Below, piece after piece: positions 28,155 through 37,469 of a stretch of 53,843 bases of DNA. Made by a program: the position numbers and the translations under genes. Below the pieces are notes generated by a model that was not told where the DNA came from, ran no database searches, and worked only from the letters and a program-made list of their open reading frames with translations. Position 1 is the stretch's first letter, and each line of letters opens with the position of its first letter. Origin of the DNA: Terrimicrobiaceae bacterium (GTDB lineage Bacteria; Verrucomicrobiota; Verrucomicrobiia; Chthoniobacterales; Terrimicrobiaceae); the NCBI GenBank assembly GCA_041752695.1, contig JBGSVZ010000064.1:1-53843 (forward strand), given 5' to 3'.

Positions 28155-29480
28155 TCAGCTCCCAAGGGGTTGGAGGCTGGTCAGACCATTGGTGATCGTC
28201 CAGGCGTCATCCAGCGCCATGCGCTTTTCTTCGTGGCCCATGCCCCACGAATCGCTGTAGAGGATCTCCCTGGTTGTAAGGTTATAGCCAATGATCAGGC
28301 GCATGTGCCCGCCCACCGCCTGGGGAATTTCCTTTTCTTTCACCAGACCCAACCGGACGGACCAGAGAAGGGGCACTCCCTCGTCGATACTGCGCTGAAT
28401 CTCCCGCTGAAATTTCCCGAAGTCCGCCGTCTTTTTCATCCGGACCTCCTTGTAAATCTCCGGCTTGATCTGCGCGAAGACCTCATCGACATCAATGACG
28501 CGGCTGCCCAGCTGCACCTCCGGCGCAAGTTTGCCGCGCTTCGTGGCACGGTTGTAATCATCCACCATCTTGAGAAAATCCGCGATGTTCCAATCGTAAA
28601 TCGCTTTGGTTTTCACCCCGAGGCGGGCTGTGAGTTTTTTCAGCGAACCCAGCATTGCATCCATGCTGGTGCCCTTTGAAGAATCGGAATTCGCGATCTG
28701 GGCCAACTCGTGTTGGTCCACCTCCGCGCCGTAATACCGCATCACCCGCTCCACGCTCGCCACCACACAATATCCCTTCTGGCCCTGGTCCACCATGGGC
28801 ACATCCTTCAGCCGCACATCGCCACCGGCCGCTTTCGTCACGTGATCGCGGCCGACAAACCCCTTGACCGCCTGCCTCGCATTTCCCGGAGCCACCGCAC
28901 CAATGGCCGGCTCCTCCCCTCCGGACGGAAGGAGGTTCAGCCGCACAAATTCGGCACGGAAGGGAATCATCTTCGTCTTCGATTCCTTGGTGGCGCTCCA
29001 CTCGAGCAGATATTTCGCCGCGGCCGTATCCCAGACCAGACCCTCCGCCCGCACCGCGCTTGAAGCATCCCGGCCCCGCTCGACCGGAGGTTGACCGGCC
29101 ACCGTGGTGAGCGAAGCCCGGAGGTCCCCTAGCAGTTTGGCAAAATCCTTTTCCCCCAATTCTCCGGCATCCCCCCGATTGAAATAGATCACCGTCACCC
29201 CCGCGACCTTGCCCTCCTGGAAACGCAGAAGCACCTCATTCAAGGGCGCCCCGGCCAGGGTGAGTCCAGGCCGGACAGAGCGCGCCACATCCTGCGCCGC
29301 CGAGGTCCACTCGAACCCGAGGGGCTTCATTTCCGCCTCCAAATCCGCCGCGCCTGCCGTCCAGAGGTCGGGCCGCAGAACCAGCCCGTCCATCGCCGCC
29401 GGAGGAGGCGGCGTTTTCTCCGCGGACAGGATCGCCACGGACATCCAAAGAAAGGCTGCAAGCAGAAGCCGGTTTTTCAT
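28155..29480 (-). CDS. Exported protein with C-terminal C39-like cysteine peptidase domain
   Basis: Signal peptide; VPMVDQGQKGYC (Q..C), GHMRLIIGYN (H), YSDSWG (D). Confidence 0.75.
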   Translation of the reverse strand: MKNRLLLAAFLWMSVAILSAEKTPPPPAAMDGLVLRPDLWTAGAADLEAEMKPLGFEWTSAAQDVARSVRPGLTLAGAPLNEVLLRFQEGKVAGVTVIYFNRGDAGELGEKDFAKLLGDLRASLTTVAGQPPVERGRDASSAVRAEGLVWDTAAAKYLLEWSATKESKTKMIPFRAEFVRLNLLPSGGEEPAIGAVAPGNARQAVKGFVGRDHVTKAAGGDVRLKDVPMVDQGQKGYCVVASVERVMRYYGAEVDQHELAQIANSDSSKGTSMDAMLGSLKKLTARLGVKTKAIYDWNIADFLKMVDDYNRATKRGKLAPEVQLGSRVIDVDEVFAQIKPEIYKEVRMKKTADFGKFQREIQRSIDEGVPLLWSVRLGLVKEKEIPQAVGGHMRLIIGYNLTTREILYSDSWGMGHEEKRMALDDAWTITNGLTSLQPLGS

Positions 29481-29525
29481 GGGTCTTTCCTATGCTTCAA
29501 ATCTCGTTCAATCTGTCGAGCACAC

Positions 29526-31175
29526 ATGCAGACTCTTGTCATCGGCCACAAAAATCCCGACATGGACGCCATTTGCTCCGCCATCGCCTACGCGGAGTTT
29601 AAATCGTCCACCGGAGCGGAAAACGTTCGTCCCGCGCGATGCGGCAACACCAACGAACGCATTGATTTTGCCCTGCACAAATTTGGCTACGAAGCTCCGC
29701 TCTTCGTCACCAGCGTGCGACCGCGCGTGGAGGATGTAATGGAGCGGGGCGTCATTTCCGCCACCGCCGATGAACCCGTTTACGACGCACTCACCCGAAT
29801 CGGAGAGAAACGCTTCCGCGGCCTCCCGGTCGTGGACGCCGACCACCGCTGTGTCGGTCTCATTTCGAGTTTCAAAATCAGCCAGTATCTTTTTCCGCCG
29901 AAAAACAAAGTCGACTCGGCCCGCGAAGTGCACGCCTCGCTGAAAAACATCATCGAAACCATCGACGGACGTCTGCTGGCCGGACCCTCCGCCTCCGCCA
30001 CCCGGCATTTTGTCCTCGTCGTGGCCGCCATGCAGACGGATTCCTTTCAGCGACGCCTCGCGCAGCTCGAGATTGAAAAAACCGTCCTGATCGTCGGCGA
30101 CCGCCGCAACATCCAGCAGATCGCCATCGAGGCCGGCATCCACGCCCTCATCGTCACCGGCAACCTACCGGTCCATCCGTCAATTGTCGCCCTGGCCAAC
30201 GAACGCGGGGTGGCCATCATCGTCTCACCGCACGACACCGCGACGACCGTCTTTCTCACCCGCAGTTCCGTGCGGGCCGAACACATGCTTTATGAAGACT
30301 TCCTCGCCGTGTCGCCGGAAACCCCGCTGGCCGAAGCTCAACGCGAAGTCGCCATGTCCGCCCAATTTGCGTTCCCCGTTCTGGAGGGCGATGGCCGCCT
30401 GATTGGCATCATCTCCAAAAGCGACTTCCTCAAGCCCGTGCCGCGCCAACTCATCCTGGTGGACCACAACGAACTCACCCAGGCGGTGGACGGCGCGGCG
30501 GATATTCCCATCGTGGAAATCCTCGACCACCACCGCATCGGCGCTGCGCCCACGGACGCGCCGATCTTTTTCATGAACCGCCCGGTGGGTTCAACCTGCA
30601 CTATCGTCAGCACCCTCTTCCTCGAAGCAGGACAGCCCATTTCGCAAAACCTCGCCGGCCTCCTAATGTGTGGCGTCATTTCCGACACCCTCAACCTCAG
30701 TTCACCGACCACCACGGCCGTGGACCGGCACATCATGACCGAGCTGTCCCGCCTGTCCGGCCTCGATCCCACCGCCCTCGCCGCCGAGATTTTTGCGGTC
30801 GGCTCGCCCCTTCTCACGATGGCGCCCGAACAGGCCGTCACGGCTGATAGCAAAGAATACGAAGACCGCGGCGAACGTTTCTCCGTCTCCCAAATTGAGG
30901 AACTTAGCTTCGCCCCGTTTGCCGCCAAAAAAGACGCACTTCTGGAGGCATTGGAAGCCCACCGCGCCGCCCACCGCTACTTTTTCAGCGCCCTCCTCGT
31001 CACCGATGTGAACACCCAGGATTCCATTCTCCTCGTCCAGGGCGCGCAGGCCTTCACCAAGTTGATCGACTACCCCGACGCGGGCGAACACGCCTGGCGG
31101 CTTAACGGAGTGGTGTCTCGAAAGAAGCAGTTGCTGCCCTACCTCCCGGGTCTGCTGGCGCGCGGGAAGCAGTAG
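29526..31175 (+). CDS. ppaC: Family II Mn-dependent inorganic pyrophosphatase with CBS-DRTGG-CBS insert
   Basis: GHKNPDMD, CBS pair, IVGDR (DRTGG), LVDHNE, DHH, GSTCT, GVVSRKKQ. Confidence 0.93.
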   Translation: MQTLVIGHKNPDMDAICSAIAYAEFKSSTGAENVRPARCGNTNERIDFALHKFGYEAPLFVTSVRPRVEDVMERGVISATADEPVYDALTRIGEKRFRGLPVVDADHRCVGLISSFKISQYLFPPKNKVDSAREVHASLKNIIETIDGRLLAGPSASATRHFVLVVAAMQTDSFQRRLAQLEIEKTVLIVGDRRNIQQIAIEAGIHALIVTGNLPVHPSIVALANERGVAIIVSPHDTATTVFLTRSSVRAEHMLYEDFLAVSPETPLAEAQREVAMSAQFAFPVLEGDGRLIGIISKSDFLKPVPRQLILVDHNELTQAVDGAADIPIVEILDHHRIGAAPTDAPIFFMNRPVGSTCTIVSTLFLEAGQPISQNLAGLLMCGVISDTLNLSSPTTTAVDRHIMTELSRLSGLDPTALAAEIFAVGSPLLTMAPEQAVTADSKEYEDRGERFSVSQIEELSFAPFAAKKDALLEALEAHRAAHRYFFSALLVTDVNTQDSILLVQGAQAFTKLIDYPDAGEHAWRLNGVVSRKKQLLPYLPGLLARGKQ

Positions 31176-31214
31176 GAGGATTGTCATCTCCCCGAAAACG
31201 AACTACGGACTGCT

Positions 31215-31410
31215 TAAGAACAAAAAAAAATCGACGCGGAGTTTCGGAGACTGGCCAAGTTTCCGGATCTGTCCCCGGACGAAAGAATTTTGTTCGCGAT
31301 GAGCCTCAGCGCCACACCGGACGAACGGTGGAATCGCTACGAGAACTTTCTCCGCTCGCACGGCTTGTTCACGCGCTCCGCCAGGAAGGCATACGGTTTC
31401 AAATAGCGAG
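31215..31410 (+). pseudogene. Decayed two-gene cassette: small protein plus 5' fragment of a probable nucleotidyltransferase-like gene
   Basis: Frame A after TAA 31215-17 with no start: EQKKIDAEFRRLAKFPDLSPDERILFAMSLSATPDERWNRYENFLRSHGLFTRSARKAYGFK* (TAG 31404-06); overlapping frame B from GTG 31328: VESLRELSPLARLVHALRQEGIRFQIA, then loses protein-like character; family assignment from resemblance only. Confidence 0.45.
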
Positions 31411-31431
31411 CTTCCCCTGCCCCCCTTCAGC

Positions 31432-31460
31432 CTCCGTTCTCTCCGTTCCCTCCTGTAAAA
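31432..31460. repeat. Nonamer-repeat arm (family A), single arm
   Basis: ctccgttct ctccgttcc ctcctgtaaaa; similar to 38684-38712 and 44071-44101. Confidence 0.65.
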
Positions 31461-31499
31461 ACTCCCTTGGAGCTTCAGGCCCAAGCCCTGGACTTCAAC

Positions 31500-32519
31500 T
31501 TATCGCGCCGCGGCGACCAGGGCCGCCACATCCGCCTCGGTCGTTCGCCATGAGCACATAAACCGCGCGGCACCGCCGATGAACTGGTAATATTTCCAAC
31601 CGGCGCGTTGCAGGCGCGCCGCGACTTCGGGAGAAAGTTCGGCGAAGACCGCGTTGGCCGCGGGCGGACGGGCGATGGACACGCCGGGGATGCCGGTCAG
31701 TTCCGTGGCCAGCAGTCGGGCGCAGCGGTTGGCATTTTCGGCGTTGCGCAGCCAGGTGCCGTCCAACAAGCAGGCGGCCCAGGGTGCGGAAGAAAAACGC
31801 ATCTTCGAGGCGAGTTGTCCGGCCTGCTTGCAGCGATAGGCGAATTCCTCGGAAAGCTCGGGGTCGAAAAATACCACGGCCTCGCTGAGACTGATCCCCG
31901 GCTTGATCCCACCGAAACACAGCACATCCACCCCCGCACGCCACGTGAGGTCGGCGGGGGTAACTCCGGAAGCGGCGACGGCATTGGCAAAACGCGCGCC
32001 GTCCATGTGAATGCGCAGACCGTGGAAACGGGCGACATTGGCAATCTCGCGAATTTCCTCCGCGGTGTAGAGCGTGCCCAGTTCGGTCGTTTGGGCCAGG
32101 CTGACCGCACGGGGTTTCGGGTAATGAATATCCGTGCGCCGCAGGATCATGCGCTCGATCTCGGAGCAGGCGAGTTTGCCCTCCTCTCCCGGGGTGAGGA
32201 GGATCTTCGTTCCGTTGGAGAAAAATTCCGGAGCCCCACATTCGTCCGTCTCGATGTGAGCAGACTCGTGGCAGACGACGCTGTGATAGCTCTGACAAAG
32301 CGAGGCCAGGGCCAGCGAATTGGCCGCGGTGCCATTGAAGACAAAATAGACATCGCATTCGGTCTCGAAAACCTCACGGATCAAATCGGTCGCCCGCGCG
32401 GTAAAGGCGTCGTCGCCGTAGGAGGCGCAGGCCCCGTCGTTGGCCGCCTGCAGGGCCGCAAACGCCTCCGGACACAGGCCGACAGTATTGTCGCTGGCGA
32501 AGTCGTAACGGGCACTCAC
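31500..32519 (-). CDS. ltaE: Low-specificity L-threonine aldolase
   Basis: FASDN, YGDD, NGTAAN, HIETDECGAPE, TELGT, HMDGARF, PLP lysine in FGGIK, KQAGQLASKMRF. Confidence 0.88.
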   Translation of the reverse strand: MSARYDFASDNTVGLCPEAFAALQAANDGACASYGDDAFTARATDLIREVFETECDVYFVFNGTAANSLALASLCQSYHSVVCHESAHIETDECGAPEFFSNGTKILLTPGEEGKLACSEIERMILRRTDIHYPKPRAVSLAQTTELGTLYTAEEIREIANVARFHGLRIHMDGARFANAVAASGVTPADLTWRAGVDVLCFGGIKPGISLSEAVVFFDPELSEEFAYRCKQAGQLASKMRFSSAPWAACLLDGTWLRNAENANRCARLLATELTGIPGVSIARPPAANAVFAELSPEVAARLQRAGWKYYQFIGGAARFMCSWRTTEADVAALVAAAR

Positions 32520-32547
32520 GGCGCACGAAGGGTCCGGGGCCGCTGCC

Positions 32548-33072
32548 TCAATAAATGAGGATCGACTTTACCGGCGTCGGCGCGAGCAGGGAGCGGCCCT
32601 CCAGGAATCCAAGCTCAATCAAAAACTGGGCCTGCACGACCTTCGCGCCGGATTTTTCAATCAGCGTGATGGCCGAGCGCGCGGTTCCCCCCGTGGCCAA
32701 CAGGTCATCAATCAAGGCAACCCGTTCGCCGGGCCGGAAGGCGTCTGTGTGCACCTCGATCTCGGCTTCGCCGTATTCGAGTTTGTAGGCAAGATATTCG
32801 GTTTTCCACGGCAGTTTCCCGCGTTTCCGAACCGGCACAAATCCAAGACCAAGGCGGTCGGCCACGGTGGATCCGAAGAGGAAACCCCTCGCGTCGATCC
32901 CGGCAATTTTTTCAATGCCCTGGCCCTGGCAATCTGCAACAAAAAGGTCGATGGCGAGTCGGAGTAATTTTCCATCACCCAGGATCGGGGTGATGTCCTT
33001 GAACAAGATGCCGGGCTTCGGGAAATCCGGGACATCGCGCACGGCGGCGCGGAGGAGGTCGGGAGCTTCCAC
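32548..33072 (-). CDS. apt: Adenine phosphoribosyltransferase
   Basis: PDFPKPGILFKDIT, DARGF, RKRGKLP, YKLEYG, IDDLLATGGT. Confidence 0.96.
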   Translation of the reverse strand: MEAPDLLRAAVRDVPDFPKPGILFKDITPILGDGKLLRLAIDLFVADCQGQGIEKIAGIDARGFLFGSTVADRLGLGFVPVRKRGKLPWKTEYLAYKLEYGEAEIEVHTDAFRPGERVALIDDLLATGGTARSAITLIEKSGAKVVQAQFLIELGFLEGRSLLAPTPVKSILIY

Positions 33073-33075
33073 GAA

Positions 33076-34155
33076 TTAGTCGCCGAAGGAAATTTCCACC
33101 GCCTTGGCCGTTTGCACCATCTGCCCCTCGGGGTCCACCCGACGCAGCCGGTGCACCGCGTGTGAGATGGGGACTTCCAGGGTTTGATAGTTTTGATAGC
33201 TGACCATCATGCCAAACTTCTTTTCGTCGATAAGCTGGACGGCCTTCACGCCGAAGCGCGTGCCGAGGATCCGGTCCAGCGCGGTCGGAGCCCCGCCGCG
33301 TTGCAGGTGACCCAGCACACACGTGCGGACTTCCTTGTCCGTGTGGCGGGCCACTTCTTCCCCCACGATCTCGGCAATGCCCCCGAGGCGGTGTTCCCCG
33401 CTGGCGGTGGCATGACGATGTTGACGGCCATCCTTGGGCGAAGCACCCTCCGCGACCACAATCATCGTGCTCTTGGCGCCCAGTTTGTCCCGGCGCACGA
33501 CTTCCTCGATGATTTTGCCGTAGTCGAAAGGAATTTCGGGAATCAAAATAATGTCCGCTCCGCCCGCCAGGCCGCCGTAGAGCGCGATCCAGCCCGCGTG
33601 ACGCCCCATCACTTCCAGCACCATGATGCGTTTGTGGCTGGTGGCGGTCGTGTGCAGTCGGTCAAGGGCGTCGGCCACACAGACGACAGCGGAGTCAAAT
33701 CCAAAGGTCATTGCCGTGGCTTCCAGATCGTTGTCGATCGTCTTGGGAACCCCGATCACCGGGATGCCGTTCTCATGAAGCTGGAGGGCCGTGCTGAGCG
33801 AACCATCCCCGCCGATGGCCACCAGGGCCGTGAGACCAAGGTTGTGAAAAGTCTGTTTTGCCTTGTCGATGACCTCCTGGGGAATCATCGCCTTGTCGCC
33901 CGCACCCATTTTGGCCACAAAATGCCCGCGGTTGGTCGTGCCGAGAATGGTGCCGCCCAGATGCATGATCCCGGAGGTCGCCTGCCTGTCGAGGGGCATG
34001 TAATCTCCGGGGGGCAGAAGGCCCTCGTACCCATCGCGGAATCCGATCACTTCCCAACCCAAACTCTGGGCGGAGCGACAGATCGCGCGAATGACCGCGT
34101 TAAGTCCAGGGCAATCGCCCCCGCTCGTCAGAACACCAATGCGCGTTTTAGCCAT
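33076..34155 (-). CDS. pfkA: 6-phosphofructokinase (group III type, probably ATP-dependent)
   Basis: TSGGDCPGLN, GGTILGT, GGDGS, PKTIDND, EVMGRHAG, LGHLQRGG; start ATG 34155. Confidence 0.93.
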   Translation of the reverse strand: MAKTRIGVLTSGGDCPGLNAVIRAICRSAQSLGWEVIGFRDGYEGLLPPGDYMPLDRQATSGIMHLGGTILGTTNRGHFVAKMGAGDKAMIPQEVIDKAKQTFHNLGLTALVAIGGDGSLSTALQLHENGIPVIGVPKTIDNDLEATAMTFGFDSAVVCVADALDRLHTTATSHKRIMVLEVMGRHAGWIALYGGLAGGADIILIPEIPFDYGKIIEEVVRRDKLGAKSTMIVVAEGASPKDGRQHRHATASGEHRLGGIAEIVGEEVARHTDKEVRTCVLGHLQRGGAPTALDRILGTRFGVKAVQLIDEKKFGMMVSYQNYQTLEVPISHAVHRLRRVDPEGQMVQTAKAVEISFGD

Positions 34156-34162
34156 GAAAATA

Positions 34163-35092
34163 TTAGAGTGCTTGGTTACCTTTGACTTTTCGCCCACCGG
34201 CCGCCCATTGGTCGTAGAGACCCCATCCCTGGTTGATGAGGGTGGAACCTTCGCTGAAGCGGTCCCGCGATCCCAGCACAACCACAATAAGCCGTCGGGG
34301 AGTCACGAACACCGTGCCCCCGTTGCGGGTCACTTCCGGTTTGCGCTCCGAGGAAAGAATCACGCAGTCACCCGCCTTGGAGGTGCGGCCGGTTTTTACG
34401 CCGTCGATGCCATTTTGATCGAGCAATTCGTTGGTATTCCGGAGTTCCGTGGGATTGTCCACGCCGCCCCGGAAGATGTGAACTGTGCGGGTTTTCTGGG
34501 AGACAAAAAACGGGAAATCCGCCTCGCTGTAGGCATAGCGGGTGAGGCGGGCCATGTCCGCCGCAGTCGAGACGGGCAGCGCGCCCTCGGTGTTGCTGTC
34601 GAGGCCGGAGGGATTGAGGAAGAGCGTGCGTTTCATCCCCAGCGTCCGGGCCAAGGCATTCATGTGGGAAACAAAATTGCCTATCGCGTCCAGGCCCTGC
34701 GAGTTGGGCAGGCGGGAGCCAACATGCTGGGCGAGGGCGGTGGCCGCCACGTTGTCCGAGGCCATCAGCGCACAGTACAATAGATCCCGCAAACTCAGGG
34801 TGTCGCCCTCCTGCAGGCCCACAGGATTTACCCCGGCGGCGCGGAGCGCCTGACCTGTGATGGTGACCTGCTGGCTGAGGTTCTCCTTGTTCATTTGCGC
34901 CCAGTCGAGCACCACCAGGGCCGTGGCCACCTTGGTGAGACTGGCCACCTGTACCTTGGCGTCGGCGTCCTTGGAACCAAGGATCCGGCCGGTCTGGTTA
35001 TCGACAATAATGAAGTTGTTCGCGGCAAAGGTGCCGGAGGTCAGGCAGATCAAGGCCATGGCCGTGCGTAAGAATCGAGCGGAAAGCGTCAC
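34163..35092 (-). CDS. D-alanyl-D-alanine carboxypeptidase (peptidase S11)
   Basis: SLTK, SDN, KTG motifs, NPSGL; start placed at GTG 35092, giving a signal peptide. Confidence 0.88.
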   Translation of the reverse strand: MTLSARFLRTAMALICLTSGTFAANNFIIVDNQTGRILGSKDADAKVQVASLTKVATALVVLDWAQMNKENLSQQVTITGQALRAAGVNPVGLQEGDTLSLRDLLYCALMASDNVAATALAQHVGSRLPNSQGLDAIGNFVSHMNALARTLGMKRTLFLNPSGLDSNTEGALPVSTAADMARLTRYAYSEADFPFFVSQKTRTVHIFRGGVDNPTELRNTNELLDQNGIDGVKTGRTSKAGDCVILSSERKPEVTRNGGTVFVTPRRLIVVVLGSRDRFSEGSTLINQGWGLYDQWAAGGRKVKGNQAL

Positions 35093-35099
35093 GGCGGGG

Positions 35100-35127
35100 A
35101 GAGTAGCGGCCCGGGGAGGGAGATCAA
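35100..35127 (-). promoter_or_regulatory. Sigma70-like promoter of the S11 peptidase, probably leaderless
   Basis: TTGATC-N16-TACTCT-N7-GTG(35092). Confidence 0.55.
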
Positions 35128-35154
35128 TTCCCCATTTGCCCCGGAGCAAAATTC

Positions 35155-35856
35155 TCATTTTTGGAACCACGAGACTCCCGTCTCCGCGGCGGCGGCAGAA
35201 AGGGCGTTCGGGTCGTTAACGAGTTGCTGCCGCGTCACCGGCTGCACGTGGCCGTCGCAAAAGAGCACATGTGCCTCGGCTTTTGGACTTGTGCCTCGCA
35301 CGCCGCCATGGCGGAAAACGACGTTCTCCGGGGTGATCGCAGGGGAATACCCCTCGGTTTCCGTCATAAAAACCACATTCGCAGGAAAATTGATCTCGTA
35401 GATCCGGAAGCTTCGCGTGCCTTCCACCGGCTGAAGGTATTTGTTCATTCCGTAATTGAAAAAGAACACCTCCGGGTCCCAGACACGCACCTCGCTGGAG
35501 GTCGGATCGATCCAAAGCGAGGGTACACCCGGACGAGGACGCTGGCCCGCCGGCAAATCGGCCAGCGGTGTCTGGGAGATGTAGGGCGGCAGGGCATTGT
35601 ACCAGGCTTTTTTCTGCTCCGGGGTCACCGGTTCGCCACCCACCTCGGGAAGCTGGTTTTCGTTGTCGATGAGGTAGAGGTTCAGGGCGATGCCCCATTG
35701 CTGGAGGTTGCGGGAGCTGGCCACGCGTTTGCCATCAGCCCTCTGTTTCATCAGGATGGCCGAGAGCACCACCCCGAGAACCACCAGGATCGCCATTCCC
35801 GCGAGTACTTCCCGCAGCGTGATGCGCTTTTCCGTCTTGGCGTGGTAGAAGCTCAT
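35155..35856 (-). CDS. Prepilin-like / H-X9-DG domain protein (PVC DUF1559-like)
   Basis: KRITLREVL + hydrophobic helix, NLQQWGIALNLY..DN, NYGMN, FRH..AHVLFCDGHV. Confidence 0.8.
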   Translation of the reverse strand: MSFYHAKTEKRITLREVLAGMAILVVLGVVLSAILMKQRADGKRVASSRNLQQWGIALNLYLIDNENQLPEVGGEPVTPEQKKAWYNALPPYISQTPLADLPAGQRPRPGVPSLWIDPTSSEVRVWDPEVFFFNYGMNKYLQPVEGTRSFRIYEINFPANVVFMTETEGYSPAITPENVVFRHGGVRGTSPKAEAHVLFCDGHVQPVTRQQLVNDPNALSAAAAETGVSWFQK

Positions 35857-35857
35857 C

Positions 35858-37312
35858 TCAGGGTGTGGTCTCCGCGCTTGATTTCCATCCGGCGGGGGTT
35901 CCGCCGGTGAGGTCCGGCTGCGTTTTCAAAAAGGCGACAAAATAATCAAACTCCGACTTCTGCGCGGTCTCCCGTAGGGCGTCGGCGGGCAGTCCGAGTT
36001 TGGCGGCAATCAGGCGGCCGAAAAATTGCGACGTCGTGACGGTGAGCGAAGCAGCGGCGGGGCCCTCCTTTTCCAGCACTGCGAGATCAAGGTCCGCCGC
36101 CACGGTCGAGACCTGTTCGGGAGTGAGGGAAAGTTGCACCACCGGCGTGGTCCAGGGCAGGCTGTTAAAAACCTCACTCGCACGCAATTCCCCGCCCGGC
36201 CAGTCGGTGCGAATGGATTGGAGCGAATACAGCGCGGCGTCCGTTCCCGGCACGGCCGCCAGTGCAGCAAGGTAAATGCGGAGGATGGCTCCCGCGGTCA
36301 CGGTATCCGGCAGATCCGCCAGCCTGGTATCCGCCGCGCCGATGGCGGGGGCGAACTTCTCAATGTCCTCGACCACTGCCGCATCAGCCGGCGCGGTGTT
36401 GGCCGTCATGGGAAGGAGTTGATGTTTCAACACCCTCCAGCCTTTGCCGTCGCGTTTCAAATCGAGGCGGGAAAGAGCAAACCCCCCGTTATTGCGGAGA
36501 ATGTTCACAGAAACCGGCGGCTGCCAGTCGAGAAACCCGCTGGACGTCCAGACATCACGTTCGTTTCCGCCATAGATCCGGTGCGCAAGAATCGCGTTCA
36601 CCCCCAGGCTCTGGAGCTGTTGCAGAAAGGTCTCGGGCGGCTTGGTGGGGGATTCAAATTTCATCCAGCTCAGCAGGGTGAGGCTGTTGGCGGGACGTTG
36701 CCCGAGATCGGCGAGCACCTTGCCGTAATCGCGCACCGGGGTGACATTGGTGGGCGTCGTGCCGAAACGGGTGGGGAACCGTTCGGGAAATTTTTCGCTG
36801 CTGGTATCGCCGTAAAAGTTCGCCAACAAAAACACCGGCGTGCCCGGCAGGTCGATTTTTGCCCCGAACGCCGTGCCCTTGGTGGCCGGTTTGCCGTCCG
36901 CCGCCGCAAACGGGTTCAGCACCTTGGCCCGCAGTTTCGCCAGGGTGGCCGGCTGCACATCGGTATCCAGATTGCTCAGCAGGACCGCGTCATAACCGGT
37001 TTCGTTAAAAAACGTCACCATGTTCTCCGAGCCCGTCACATGCGCGGCGAAGCTGCCCGTGAGGCTGTCTCCCAGATCCACCAATAGAACGCGGGCGCCG
37101 GTTTTCGCCGCTTCGTCGCGCACCTTGCGCACGTAGCCCGAAACGTACTGGTAATGTTGCAGGGGAGCAAGCGACTGGAGCGATAGGGGATAGACGTTGC
37201 CGCGAATGCGCCCGGAATGCAGAATGATCACATCCGGTTCTTCCTCGCCGGACTTGGAACAGCCAAACACCGCCAACCCCGCCAACACCACCGCCACACT
37301 CCGAAATATCAT
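35858..37312 (-). CDS. Lipoprotein with degenerate 5'-nucleotidase/metallophosphoesterase fold
   Basis: Lipobox VFG-C; ILHSGRIRG, LVDLGDSLTGS, GYDAVLLSN, C-terminal IRTD..GE....VFNSLPW resembling the 5'-nucleotidase C-domain. Confidence 0.7.
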   Translation of the reverse strand: MIFRSVAVVLAGLAVFGCSKSGEEEPDVIILHSGRIRGNVYPLSLQSLAPLQHYQYVSGYVRKVRDEAAKTGARVLLVDLGDSLTGSFAAHVTGSENMVTFFNETGYDAVLLSNLDTDVQPATLAKLRAKVLNPFAAADGKPATKGTAFGAKIDLPGTPVFLLANFYGDTSSEKFPERFPTRFGTTPTNVTPVRDYGKVLADLGQRPANSLTLLSWMKFESPTKPPETFLQQLQSLGVNAILAHRIYGGNERDVWTSSGFLDWQPPVSVNILRNNGGFALSRLDLKRDGKGWRVLKHQLLPMTANTAPADAAVVEDIEKFAPAIGAADTRLADLPDTVTAGAILRIYLAALAAVPGTDAALYSLQSIRTDWPGGELRASEVFNSLPWTTPVVQLSLTPEQVSTVAADLDLAVLEKEGPAAASLTVTTSQFFGRLIAAKLGLPADALRETAQKSEFDYFVAFLKTQPDLTGGTPAGWKSSAETTP

Positions 37313-37469
37313 GGAGAGGCCCGTCCTCTTTGTAGATACCCTCACGAACGAATCGCACACCATGCGCTACCTATGCGGCGAACATGTTCCTGTGACAAGT
37401 CCGTAACACATCCTGAGGATTGAATCGTGCCGGGCGATTTTGTAGCCTCTTCTCCAGCACGACTTCGCC

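Noticed and set aside
31181..31561. 126-aa ORF as an intact gene
   Set aside because: Only the middle 27 codons look protein-like; the rest reads through repeat DNA and into ltaE, so it is treated as a remnant
29526..34155. Pyrophosphate-metabolism link between ppaC and pfkA
   Set aside because: Genes are convergent and separated; the GGDG motif points to ATP rather than PPi use
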